Shown in pieces: positions 1 to 8,972 of a stretch of 64,000 nt of DNA. Source of the DNA: an uncultured Caulobacteraceae bacterium (GTDB lineage: Bacteria > Pseudomonadota > Alphaproteobacteria > Caulobacterales > Caulobacteraceae); the NCBI GenBank assembly GCA_964242625.1, contig CAXTAO010000007.1:7484-71483 (forward strand), read 5' to 3'. Made by a program: the position numbers and the translations under genes. The notes under the pieces were generated by a model. That model made no database searches. It was not told the DNA's origin and worked only from the letters and a program-made list of their open reading frames with translations. How positions within the stretch are numbered: the first letter of the stretch is position 1; every line of letters begins with the position of its first letter.

Positions 1-746
1 ACGTTCAGCCCCGCCGCGGTCGCAAGAGCGACCACGTGGTGCACCCGCGCGAGGAAGGCGGGATCGATGGCGTAGGGTGCGGTCGCCCCGGCATGGGTCG
101 ACCAGCTGACCGGGACGCGCACGGTCGCGAAGCCCGCGACTTTAATGATGCGGAAATCGTCGTCGGCGATCGACGGCCCCCAGTCGCCCTCGCGCGGTGC
201 CTCGAGCATGTTGGCCATGTTCACGCATTTGCCCACGGCGAGAGTGGGCCCCACCCTTGCGCGCGCGGCCGGTCCTGGCGTGTAGGCGAGGCCGGGGTCG
301 GCCGGCACGCTCCAGTCCGCAGGCGCAGGCGCAGGAAGCGTCCCGCGGATTAGGCTGAGCGGCCCGCTCCCGTAGGGCGACGTCCATTGGCCGACATAGG
401 CCCTTTGCGTCGCGCTCCAGACGCCGACATAGCGGCCCGAGGCCAGTGGGACGTCGAAGCCCAGCGCCTGCCCATGTGCCTCGACGTGGGCGATGGGCAC
501 GCCGAACGCACCATGGTCGGGAGCGTCGAAGGCGCCGGTCACGTCACCAAGCGTCCCGCGGATGTGTAAGGCTAGCTTCAGTCCCGGAACTGCCGCTTCC
601 GGAGCGTTGATCCAGTCTCCCCGAGGATCGGCCTCGTTGGCTTCGGCAGGAGCATTTCCTCCTGCGGCGAACGCGCTCGAGTGGGCCGTCAGCAGGCTCA
701 GCACGATAACAGCAGCGAGAGCCGCAGGCCCGCTTTCTGCTCTCAT
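1..746 (-). CDS. Glycoside hydrolase family 5 (cellulase-like) secreted protein, partial; C-terminus lies beyond the window start
   Basis: Frame is open from the ATG at 746 to position 1; it is missing from the ORF track because no stop lies in the window. GGAGG sits 6 nt upstream of the ATG. N-terminal signal peptide MRAESGPAALAAVIVLSLLTAHSSAFA. GH5-like motif KCVNMANMLEAPREGDWG followed by DDDFRIIKVAGFATVRVPVSW. Confidence 0.6.
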   Translation of the reverse strand, partial: MRAESGPAALAAVIVLSLLTAHSSAFAAGGNAPAEANEADPRGDWINAPEAAVPGLKLALHIRGTLGDVTGAFDAPDHGAFGVPIAHVEAHGQALGFDVPLASGRYVGVWSATQRAYVGQWTSPYGSGPLSLIRGTLPAPAPADWSVPADPGLAYTPGPAARARVGPTLAVGKCVNMANMLEAPREGDWGPSIADDDFRIIKVAGFATVRVPVSWSTHAGATAPYAIDPAFLARVHHVVALATAAGLN

Positions 747-1129
747 GATTGTCCTCCAAAACGCGAGGACGCGCCTTGCCCGATCGTCGGAACTCACAGC
801 GGGCCCAACTTCTGAAGGCCAGCCTAGCGGGATTTCTGAGGCGTGTCCCCGCGGGCCGTCATGTCGACTATGGGCCACATCACCTCCGCGGGCAGATCCG
901 ACCTGTAATGGGCGGCTAAAGCCCGCATCTCACGCCATCTTGCGGCAGCTGGTTGCCCTTAGCGCCAAATCCGAACCCCGCCCACATCGGCTTTTGTTGG
1001 ACGGCCGACGCAATACAGTGAGTGACGCCCTTACACGAAGGGCAGCTACCGCATCTGAGGAACTGCGCTTGATAGGATCACTTCTAGGCCAGCCAAAGAG
1101 GCTATCCAGTCATATGCCTACATTGTCGT

Positions 1130-1375
1130 CTAGCTAGCTCCCGAAGCTGCAGCGTTCGTGGTGATCACGGTCACCATGAATAGGTCCAGGCCCTTGTTGT
1201 CGCTTAACGTGACTTCAAGGTGCCCGTCGGCGAGTATCTCGTCGGGTCGATGCTTGATGTGTTCGGCCGCATACAGGACAGCTTCCCTTTGAGCGGCTCT
1301 TGGATCGGGAAGGTCGGTGCCGTGCGGATCAAGCCGGACGACACTGTCCTTCAGTGTGAAATGATAGGTCGGCAT
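1130..1375 (-). CDS. Small DUF6894-like hypothetical protein
   Basis: I prefer the internal ATG at 1375 (MPTYHFTLKD...), preceded by GAAGGAGG. The pattern MPxYxFxLxD...G.dLPD...A..EA resembles DUF6894 proteins common in alphaproteobacteria. Confidence 0.55.
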   Translation of the reverse strand: MPTYHFTLKDSVVRLDPHGTDLPDPRAAQREAVLYAAEHIKHRPDEILADGHLEVTLSDNKGLDLFMVTVITTNAAASGAS

Positions 1376-1859
1376 GGTTTCGCCTCCTTCTTTGTTCGTC
1401 AAACGGCGCTTGCCGCAGGAAGCTCCATGACGACCGAGGTTGCGTCGTAGCGAAAAATCGAAGGGGGCTCTGTCAGCCCAACTGCACCGTCAGGTGACTG
1501 GGGCGGGGTAGGGCGGGTGAATGGCCCGTCGCCCCAAGCCACCCAACCCGTTCCGCTGCTTTGCGCCCATGTTCACCGCCGAAATCCGCAGTCTAAACGG
1601 CTCTCACATCGTTCAGCGGTGGCAGTGGCGCCCAGTCGTGCAGCCACAGAATGGCGACCTGTGCTAGCTGCAGAACAATCCGAAGTCCCAATGTCATGGC
1701 TCAGGCTATTTTGCGCTTCGCCGTCCGCAATGGGTCGCGAGCCGTCCCGAACCTCCTGCCGGAAAGCCGCCCTTCGCTCAGGCTCTGATCGCCTTCGCGG
1801 AAGCAGACCTCACCAGCAGCGGCTGAGGATGGAGAGCGGCCGAACATCTCCGGCTTAGC

Positions 1860-2279
1860 TTGCACGTTAGCAGGAGTGGGCGCTCTGTCGCCGAGCCGAC
1901 ATTGGAGCGGCCCTTCATCACCTACAGCATACTGGTCGTCGAGGACGATCCGCTCATCCTAATGACGGCGGCCGAGGCGCTACGTGCAGCTGGGTTCAAC
2001 GTCATTGAGGTGGAAACCGCGGACGAGGCCGCCGCAATCCTGCGTGCGGCTGAAACACCGGTCGGCGTGGTGTTCAGCGATATCGAAACCCCAGGCGCCC
2101 TGAATGGGCTGGAGCTGGCGAGCGTGATTTACGACGCGTGGCCCAGCTTGCCGGTGGTGCTCACCTCGGGGCGCGTGAAGCCCTGTCCTTCAACGCTTCC
2201 CCAGGGCGTCCACTTCGTGCCCAAGCCCTACGATCCCGCTTACATCGCGACATTGGTGGTTGAGCTCGGGACGACCTAG
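1860..2279 (+). CDS. Single-domain response regulator (receiver only)
   Basis: ILVVEDDPLILMTAAEALRAAGFNV...VVFSDIETPG.LNGLEL...PVVLTSGR is a CheY-like receiver signature. The start is uncertain: TTG at 1860 or in-frame TTG at 1902, and no clear SD for either. Confidence 0.8.
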   Translation: MHVSRSGRSVAEPTLERPFITYSILVVEDDPLILMTAAEALRAAGFNVIEVETADEAAAILRAAETPVGVVFSDIETPGALNGLELASVIYDAWPSLPVVLTSGRVKPCPSTLPQGVHFVPKPYDPAYIATLVVELGTT

Positions 2280-2450
2280 CCGTATCCGGCGATGCTCCTG
2301 CCTGGCAGGCCGTCCGGATCAATCTCGCCCAACGTCGATAAGACGACGGACGCCGAACAGTTCGTGCTATAGCCCGCGCATCACCGGTCACGCCCAGGGC
2401 TCCGGTGGCTGAGAGACCGTTCGCGCTCCCGCCTTAAGCGGAGTGCTGAC

Positions 2451-3197
2451 ATGTCGGATCGGCCGAACAACGCCTTTTTGCTTGGACTGAGCTCCAAGTC
2501 GTACGAGCAGCTGAGCGGCGACCTGAAAAAGGTCGAGCTGAGCCTTGGACGGGCTCTGATGGAGCAGACGCTGGAGGCAGACAGCGTCTATTTCCCGGTG
2601 TCCGCCCTGCTCTCGCTCATTTCTCAGAATGACGACGGTCGAAGCGTCGAGACCTCGATGGCGGGAAGCGAGGGCGCGGCCGGACTGCTTGAAGCTTGCG
2701 GGAGCCGCGAGAGCAGCGTCGATTGCGTCGTGCAGGTGGACGGCCAGGCGTGGTGCAGCCCCGCCGCTCACTGCCGCAAACTCGCCCTGGCTGACCCGGA
2801 GTTCGCCTCGGCCGCATGGAGACTGACCGAGCTGCAAATGGCGGAGTCCAGGCAATCAGGACTCTGCCAGGCGACCCACTCTGTCGAGGCGCGGGCCGCG
2901 CGCTGGCTCCTGGAGAGCATGGACCGGAGCGCCGGTCGCAACCCGCTTCCCATGACGCAGGAGTTCCTGGCGGCGATGCTGGGCGTCCAGCGCACGACAG
3001 TCTCCGCTTTCGCTGCGCAGCTTCAGCGCGACGGCCTGATCACCTACAGCCGGGGTCGGCTCCGGATCGACAACGTGCCCTGTCTGGAGGGGCTCGCGTG
3101 CGAGTGCCGAAGCGTGACGCGTCGGCAAAGAGAGAGACTCGGGTTGACCACCCCGCTGATGTCTGCGGCCAAGAGCGGGCCATCGCCCGCGCTCTAG
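2451..3197 (+). CDS. Crp/Fnr family transcriptional regulator
   Basis: cNMP-binding-like N-terminal domain and C-terminal HTH (LPMTQEFLAAMLGVQRTTVSAFAAQLQRDGLI). ATG start with an upstream GGAG. Confidence 0.85.
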   Translation: MSDRPNNAFLLGLSSKSYEQLSGDLKKVELSLGRALMEQTLEADSVYFPVSALLSLISQNDDGRSVETSMAGSEGAAGLLEACGSRESSVDCVVQVDGQAWCSPAAHCRKLALADPEFASAAWRLTELQMAESRQSGLCQATHSVEARAARWLLESMDRSAGRNPLPMTQEFLAAMLGVQRTTVSAFAAQLQRDGLITYSRGRLRIDNVPCLEGLACECRSVTRRQRERLGLTTPLMSAAKSGPSPAL

Positions 3198-3379
3198 GCC
3201 CCGAAGGCGCGAGCTTCGTCGCCCAGGAGCAGCGCTTGGCCCCCGGCCGCTTTGATCCCAGACACCAGAAGGCGTGCGAGATTGAAGGCGTCGTCCTGCA
3301 CTTCGCGGGTCACGACGAGGTCGCCATCCTGGCGGACCGCCCAGCCCCCATCCTCGAGATCGACGCTAAAGCGCAGCAC
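3194..3379 (-). CDS. Hypothetical small protein (possibly DUF2188-like)
   Basis: 61-aa ORF with GC3-rich codons and GGWAVRQDG...DA...A motifs. GTG start without a convincing SD. Convergent 4-nt overlap with the Crp gene. Confidence 0.3.
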   Translation of the reverse strand: MLRFSVDLEDGGWAVRQDGDLVVTREVQDDAFNLARLLVSGIKAAGGQALLLGDEARAFGA

Positions 3380-3684
3380 GCCGCTTTATTGCTACGCCAC
3401 GGAAGGGTTGTCCGTCGGCCGTCCGACATTCCGGTCTCGCTTAGGCTCGGGAGTGAGAGGCGATGAGTCTTGACCTCTCACTCATGTGAGTCGGATCGCC
3501 CCGCTGGCTTCAGTGCGGACGCCGACCTTCAGGTCGCGTCGCTGGCTCATCGCCAACGTCGCCTATCCGCAGCCGAGCCAAGTCCCGGTTGTGGCGCACC
3601 TGCGACGAAGAGTCAGCATTGTCTGACATCAGAGGTGGAGCACTTTCACTCGCCGCGTGGCGCAGAGGCAAGGGGGAGGGCAGC

Positions 3685-5844
3685 ATGCAGGCTCGCGAGA
3701 TCGTCTTGGGTTTGTCCCTTGCGGCTGTGGCTTGTTCGACAGCGGTGGCCGCTGACCCAGCGGCCCGCGCAGCGCCGATCAAGTCCACGCTCTATGGCGA
3801 CGCCTACGTCGACAACTATCGCTGGATGGAGAAGGTCGATCCGGAGTTCGTCGCCTGGGCGAGGTCGGAAGACGCGCGTACGCGCTCCGAGCTGCAGGCG
3901 CTGCCCGGCTACCCCGCCCTCCTGGCGGCCACCACCCGCGCGGTGGAGGCGCAGGTCGCCGTCGGCGCACCAGTACGGGTGGGCGGCGATCTCTACTACC
4001 GCAAGCGAGGCGTGGGCGAGGCACAGTTCAGCCTTTTCACGCGGCCCTACGCGGGCGGCGCCGAGCGGCGGATTATCGACCCGGTCAAGCTGAAGGGCGT
4101 CACCACCGCGCTCGGCGACTGGGCCGTCTCGCCCGACGGGCGCTGGCTGGCCTACGGGCTTGCCGACGGCGGCTCGGAGGAGACCACCCTCTACCTCTAC
4201 GACCTCAAGGCGCGGCGCGCTCTACCCGAGTCGATAGACCGCGCACGCTTCGCCGCGCCCAGCTGGTCCGCCGACGGCTCGGTCGTCTTCTACAATCGGC
4301 TTAAGGCAGGGGGCGTCGGCGCCGACCGTTTCTCCGACGCGGCGGTTTTCATGCATCGCCCGGGGAGCGACCCCGCCGGCGACGCGAAGGTGTTCAGCGC
4401 GGCCATGGTGGGCAGCGCCATGGGCCACGTCGGCTTCGTGTTCATCTCAGCCACGCCGGCTTCGCCCTACGTGCTGGGCATCGCCAACAGCGGCGTGTCG
4501 CAGGAGTCGGAGGTCTACGTCGCGCGGACGGCCGCGGTGCAGGCGGGCAAGCCCGAGTGGCGCAAGCTCGCCGCGCTTGAGGACAAGGTCGAGTCTGTGG
4601 CCGTGCCAGCCTTCGGCCACGAAGCCTGGGTCACCACCTTTCGCGACGCGCCGCGGCGCAAGCTCCTGCGCATCGACCTCGACCGGCCCGACATGTCGCA
4701 CGCTGCGGTGGTCGCGCCCGAGCGGGCGGGCGTACTGAAGCAGGTCGGCGTCGCTCGCGACGGGCTCTACGTCGTATACGCCGAGGGTGGGGCCTACACG
4801 CTGAGCAAGCTAGACTCCGGCGGCGCGCTCACGCCGGTGCCGACTCCGTTCAAGGGCACGATCTACGGCCTCAACACCGACCCACGCTACGACGGCGCCT
4901 TCACCACGCTGGAATCCGGCATCCATCCGCGCGACGTGTACGAGGCCTCGGCCGGGTCGCTGCGGCCCCTGCGTCTGGCGCCGCCGTACCCCGTCGACCT
5001 CTCCGCCTTCGTGGAGGAAACGGTGTACGCCACCGCTAAGGACGGGACGAAGATCCCGATCGACCTCATTCACCGCAAGGACCTGAAGCGCGATGGATCT
5101 AACATCGTGCTGATGGACGCATATGGCGCCTACGGGGTCAGCGTGGACCCCGACTTCCGCCCCGACACGATCGGCATGCTGCAGCAGGGCGCCGTGCTGG
5201 CGGAGGCGCACGTGCGCGGCGGCGGCGAGTTTGGCGAGAGCTGGCACCTGGCGGGCAAGGAAGCCACCAAGCCCAACACTTGGCGCGACTTCATCGCCAG
5301 TGTCCGAGCGCTGGAGGCGATGGGCTACACCTCGCCCGGCAAGGTCGCAGGCATGGGAGTGAGCGCCGGCGGGATCATGATCGGTCGCACAGTCACCGAG
5401 CGGCCGGACCTCCTGGCCGCCGCGGTGATGTGGGCGCCGATGGTCAACACCCTGCGCTTCGAGACCACCGAGGGGGGGCCCGCCAACGTGCCGGAGTTCG
5501 GTACGCTGGCCACCAAGCCGGGCTACTTGGCGCTCAAGGAGATGGACGCCTACTCCCACGTGGTCGACGGGGCCAAATATCCCGCCGTGCTGATCACAGG
5601 CGGCATCAACGACCACCGGGTACCCGTGTGGATGGCCGCGGAGATGGCGGCGCGGCTGCGCGCGGCCAGCACCAGCGGCAAGCCGGTGCGTCTGCGTGTG
5701 GACTTCGAGGGCGGTCACCACATGATGGGCGCGGCCAAGGCCGATGAGATCAGCCAGGCGACCGACACCTACGCCTTCGTTTTAGAGCATACGGGCGCCC
5801 GGGCTTTCCAGCCCCCAGCAATGCTTGCGAGAGCAAGCCATTAA
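3685..5844 (+). CDS. Prolyl oligopeptidase (S9A) family serine peptidase, secreted
   Basis: I prefer the internal ATG at 3685 after AGGGGGAGGG. Signal peptide MQAREIVLGLSLAAVACSTAVA. N-terminal YGDAYVDNYRWME motif and beta-propeller region. Catalytic GMGVSAGG (GxSxGG) and C-terminal GGHH. Confidence 0.9.
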   Translation: MQAREIVLGLSLAAVACSTAVAADPAARAAPIKSTLYGDAYVDNYRWMEKVDPEFVAWARSEDARTRSELQALPGYPALLAATTRAVEAQVAVGAPVRVGGDLYYRKRGVGEAQFSLFTRPYAGGAERRIIDPVKLKGVTTALGDWAVSPDGRWLAYGLADGGSEETTLYLYDLKARRALPESIDRARFAAPSWSADGSVVFYNRLKAGGVGADRFSDAAVFMHRPGSDPAGDAKVFSAAMVGSAMGHVGFVFISATPASPYVLGIANSGVSQESEVYVARTAAVQAGKPEWRKLAALEDKVESVAVPAFGHEAWVTTFRDAPRRKLLRIDLDRPDMSHAAVVAPERAGVLKQVGVARDGLYVVYAEGGAYTLSKLDSGGALTPVPTPFKGTIYGLNTDPRYDGAFTTLESGIHPRDVYEASAGSLRPLRLAPPYPVDLSAFVEETVYATAKDGTKIPIDLIHRKDLKRDGSNIVLMDAYGAYGVSVDPDFRPDTIGMLQQGAVLAEAHVRGGGEFGESWHLAGKEATKPNTWRDFIASVRALEAMGYTSPGKVAGMGVSAGGIMIGRTVTERPDLLAAAVMWAPMVNTLRFETTEGGPANVPEFGTLATKPGYLALKEMDAYSHVVDGAKYPAVLITGGINDHRVPVWMAAEMAARLRAASTSGKPVRLRVDFEGGHHMMGAAKADEISQATDTYAFVLEHTGARAFQPPAMLARASH

Positions 5845-6159
5845 GGCCTGCATCCATCCCCCCTCCAAAGCCGCTCGCGGGCTCGAGAGGAAAGCGCCCG
5901 CTGAGCGTCTTCAGTGTGGACGTAGATTGAGGGCAGCTCATCGCGCATGTTCGCCGCAAGCGGGGCAGATCCGCCCCGTGTAGGGCTGCTCAAGCCCAAG
6001 TCCCGGGACACCCTGGGGCAAAGAACGTGCGCTCGCGGTCGGAAGCGGTCCTCGTTAGCGTCGGCTAGGGGTAGAGAGCAGGCGTGGGCTAATTCGCTCG
6101 GACCGGCCCAACGCTTCTGGCGCCCAATGAAGCCAGATGTGCAATAGTGCACTCGGTGT

Positions 6160-6888
6160 TCAGGTGCTGTTTGGCGTTCTCAGGTGAAGGTAACCGCTGT
6201 CAAAACCCGCGACGACGGTCAATCTGTCTAGATCATTGATAGTGACAACGCCGCCCTTGACCAGCACGAGGCCTTCATCGCGAAGTCGCCTTAGAATACG
6301 ATTGACGTGAACGGGTGACAAACCCAGCATACTCGCCAAGTCCTCCTGTACGAGTGGCAGCACGAAGCTACTTGCGGGCCCAGCACTCACTGCTTGCGAT
6401 CTGGCGTACAGTTCACAGAAGAGATGAGCCGTCCGCTCGGTCGCAGTCCTGCCTCCTAAGTTGACGAGCCACTCTCGGAGGATGGCCTGGTCGACGAGCG
6501 CCGCCCATGCAATCGCGTCCGCAATCTCCGGACTTCTCTGGACCCAATCCTGCACGGTCTCTCGAGGTATGACGGCCAACATGCATTCTGCGAGCGTGCC
6601 GATGCTATCATTCGCCTCGCGACGCAGTGACGTGTGCAGCTCGCAGGAGTCGCCCGGTAAGAGGAGTGCCGTGATTTGACGCTTTCCTCGCGGTAAGCGC
6701 TTGTAGCGACACGCAAGTCCTTCAAGCACGATGAAAGCGCTTTCGGCGGGGTCACTCTCCTTGAGGAGATCAGTGCGGGCAGGACGGAGGGTTCGGGCCT
6801 TCATCGCCTGCGAGAGCAGACGTTCATCGCCCTCGGTGAACTGCGCGCCATGGCGGAGTTTTCTGATGAATGGGCTGAGCACGAACAT
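6160..6888 (-). CDS. Crp/Fnr family transcriptional regulator (tandem copy 1)
   Basis: cNMP-binding-like domain (FIVLEGLACRYKRLPRGKRQI) plus HTH (LPLVQEDLASMLGLSPVHVNRILRRLRDEGLV). ATG start. Confidence 0.85.
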   Translation of the reverse strand: MFVLSPFIRKLRHGAQFTEGDERLLSQAMKARTLRPARTDLLKESDPAESAFIVLEGLACRYKRLPRGKRQITALLLPGDSCELHTSLRREANDSIGTLAECMLAVIPRETVQDWVQRSPEIADAIAWAALVDQAILREWLVNLGGRTATERTAHLFCELYARSQAVSAGPASSFVLPLVQEDLASMLGLSPVHVNRILRRLRDEGLVLVKGGVVTINDLDRLTVVAGFDSGYLHLRTPNST

Positions 6889-7194
6889 CCTGCGATTGCG
6901 GTCAACCTGAAGCTAAGCAGTTGCAGCGGCAGGTGCGAGCTTGTGTCATCCACCCGACAGAGCACCACTTTGTGCAGTGGACGCGCACGCAAGCCTTAGG
7001 TCCGCTCAGGGTCGGGAGCGGACGTCGGCACCGGATCGCAAACCGGACGTCGCAGGCGTGCTAGGCGAGGCACCCAGGAGCGGCCCTGCCCAACGTCGGC
7101 TGTGGGTGGAGAGCAGACGTGGGCTAATTCGCTCGGACCGGACCAACGTTTCTGGTGCAACGAAGCCATCAGTCCAGCAGTACACATGGTGTGC

Positions 7195-7923
7195 TTAGGT
7201 GCTTTCTTGCGTTCGCACATGAAGGTAACCGCTGTCGAAACCCGCGACGGCGGTCAACCTGTGTAGGTCATTGATGATGACAATGCCGCGCTTAATTAGC
7301 ATCAGGTTTTCGTCGCGAAGCCACCTAAAGATACGATTGAGGTGAACGGGTGACAGGCCTAGGATGTTTGCTTTGTCATCTTGGATGAGTGGTAGCGCGA
7401 AGCTACTCGCGGTCCCGAAGCCCACTGCTTGCGACCTGGCGTACAGTTCACAGAAGAGATGAGCTGTCCGCTCGGTCCCATTCCTGCTGCCTAAGTTGAC
7501 GAGCCACTCTCGGAGAAAGGCGCGGTCGACGAGCGCCGCCGACGCAATCGCGTCCGCAATCAATGAACTTCTCTGGACCCAATCCTGTACGATCCTTCGA
7601 GGTATGACGGCCAACTTGCATAGAGTGAGCGTGGCGATGCTGTCATCCGCCTCGCGATGCAATGACGTGTGCAGCTCGCAGGAGTCACCTGGTAACAGGA
7701 GTGCCGTGATCTGACGCTCTCCCCGCGGTAGGCGCTTGTAGCGACACGCAAGTCCCTCGAGCACAACGAAGGCGCTCTCGGCGGGATCACCCTCCTTGAG
7801 GAGATCAGTGCGGGCGGCATGGAGCGTTCGGACCTGCATCGCCTGCGTGAGAAGGCGTTCGTCGCCCTCGGTCAACGGAGCGCCACGGCGGAGTTTCCTG
7901 ATGAATGGGCTGAGCACGGGCAC
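7195..7923 (-). CDS. Crp/Fnr family transcriptional regulator (tandem copy 2)
   Basis: Collinear with copy 1 at a 1035-nt offset; by eye roughly four-fifths of residues are identical. GTG at 7923 aligns with the ATG of copy 1. The longer ORF to 8028 adds a non-homologous N-terminus. Confidence 0.8.
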   Translation of the reverse strand: MPVLSPFIRKLRRGAPLTEGDERLLTQAMQVRTLHAARTDLLKEGDPAESAFVVLEGLACRYKRLPRGERQITALLLPGDSCELHTSLHREADDSIATLTLCKLAVIPRRIVQDWVQRSSLIADAIASAALVDRAFLREWLVNLGSRNGTERTAHLFCELYARSQAVGFGTASSFALPLIQDDKANILGLSPVHLNRIFRWLRDENLMLIKRGIVIINDLHRLTAVAGFDSGYLHVRTQEST

Positions 7924-8443
7924 CCTGCAATCGCGGCCAACTCCCAAGCTAAACAGTTGCGGCGAGAGGCACCAACTTGTGTCAGCTACCCGACAGAGCG
8001 CCGCTCCGTTCAGTGGACGCGCACGCAAGCCCTACGCCTGCTGAGGGTCGGGAGCGGACGCCGGCTTCAGGCTCCTACGCGGACCTTCGCCGGGGTGGCC
8101 GGCGAACACTCGCTAAGCGGAGGTGGCCAGGGTCCGCGCAGGGTCGATAGTGGACGCCAGCGTGGCGTCTCAGCGGACATCCGCACGCTGACCGAACGCC
8201 CGCTCGGCGGGGCGGGGGAGGGGGCGCTGAAGCCGAACCTCGGAGGAGCGACGTTGCATCGAACTCGGCAGCCTTGCGATGCGCTCGTGCTCTGCGGCCA
8301 GTACGCGAAGGGACGGGGCAGAGCTCTCCGGAGCCGAAAGCCTTCGCCCGCATGCGTTTTCCAGACGGCTCGGAACCCCTTACGTCGACCTACACGTTTT
8401 CCAACTCAAGGTGACGTAAGTCATTCACGTAGTTAGAGAAGCG

Positions 8444-8493
8444 GTGGATTGAAAATCCGCGTGTCGGTGGTTCGAATCCGCCCCCAGGCACCA
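8444..8493 (+). pseudogene. 3' fragment of tRNA-Phe(GAA): anticodon arm, variable loop, T arm, 3' acceptor strand and CCA. No 5' half. Possible att-site remnant.
   Basis: GTGGA-TTGAAAA-TCCGC anticodon arm with GAA anticodon, GTGTC variable loop, GGTGG-TTCGAAT-CCGCC T arm, then CCCAGGC-A-CCA. The complementary 5' acceptor strand GCCTGGG is absent from the 80 nt upstream. Confidence 0.75.
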
Positions 8494-8972
8494 CGTGCTG
8501 CACAAGGGTTTGCGGCCCCTCATGGGGTCTCGCTCCGAAGCCGCTTTCCAACGGCGGTTGCAAAGTCCATTCGCGAGACGTTCGAAGCTGTCAGCCACCG
8601 GCGCTTCGAGTGGTTCAGCCCCGGGCTACGATCCGACCCATCTATGGCGCCCACAAGCTTGTGGCTGAGGGGCCGCACCGCTGCGGTCGGCCCTTATCGG
8701 TCGCTGACCTTGAGGGGCGGCTACCAAGCTCTCCGTTTACCTGTTCGGCGTGGGTGAAGCAGAGGCCGTGCGGGGCGCCGGGCCTTGCCCCAGGCCATGC
8801 GGCGTACTGCACAGCCTTGAAGACGCCTCGGGCGCTCCACAGCCCTGAGCTGATGACGCTGATGCTTCGCCGCCGCCGCCATGCGGGACGGATCATCTGA
8901 CGCTGACGCCTTGATCGCCGGAGCCTATGGTCCGTCCAGCACCGGTCTGGGTCGGAGAGCGAGTTGGCCGAT

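Larger units (their letters stand above)
6035..8065. repeat. Tandem direct duplication, two units of about 1 kb (about 6035-7030 and 7070-8065), each carrying a Crp/Fnr gene with its flanks
   Basis: Stop codons (6160/7195), starts (6888/7923), upstream leaders (6889-7029 versus 7924-8065) and a downstream block (6086.. versus 7121.. gggctaattcgctcggaccgg) all line up at an offset of 1035-1036 nt. Confidence 0.85.

Noticed and set aside
5841-7220. ORFs 5841-6152 (-) and 6996-7220 (-), considered as a duplicated small gene downstream of each Crp copy.
   Set aside because: Similarity between the two translations is confined to about 15 residues that correspond to the conserved 50-nt DNA block. 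The starts, lengths and remaining sequence differ. I treat the block as non-coding.
8418-8493. A complete tRNA gene ending at the CCA at 8493.
   Set aside because: The 3' acceptor strand CCCAGGC needs GCCTGGG about 66-73 nt upstream. The sequence there is AAGTCAT, and no D-stem pairing can be formed. Only the 3' part is tRNA-like.
8430-8493. Acceptor piece of a permuted alphaproteobacterial tmRNA.
   Set aside because: The fragment has a normal anticodon arm with a GAA anticodon. Its acceptor strand would not give the G3:U70 alanine identity pair. No complementary 5' strand or tag reading frame lies downstream.
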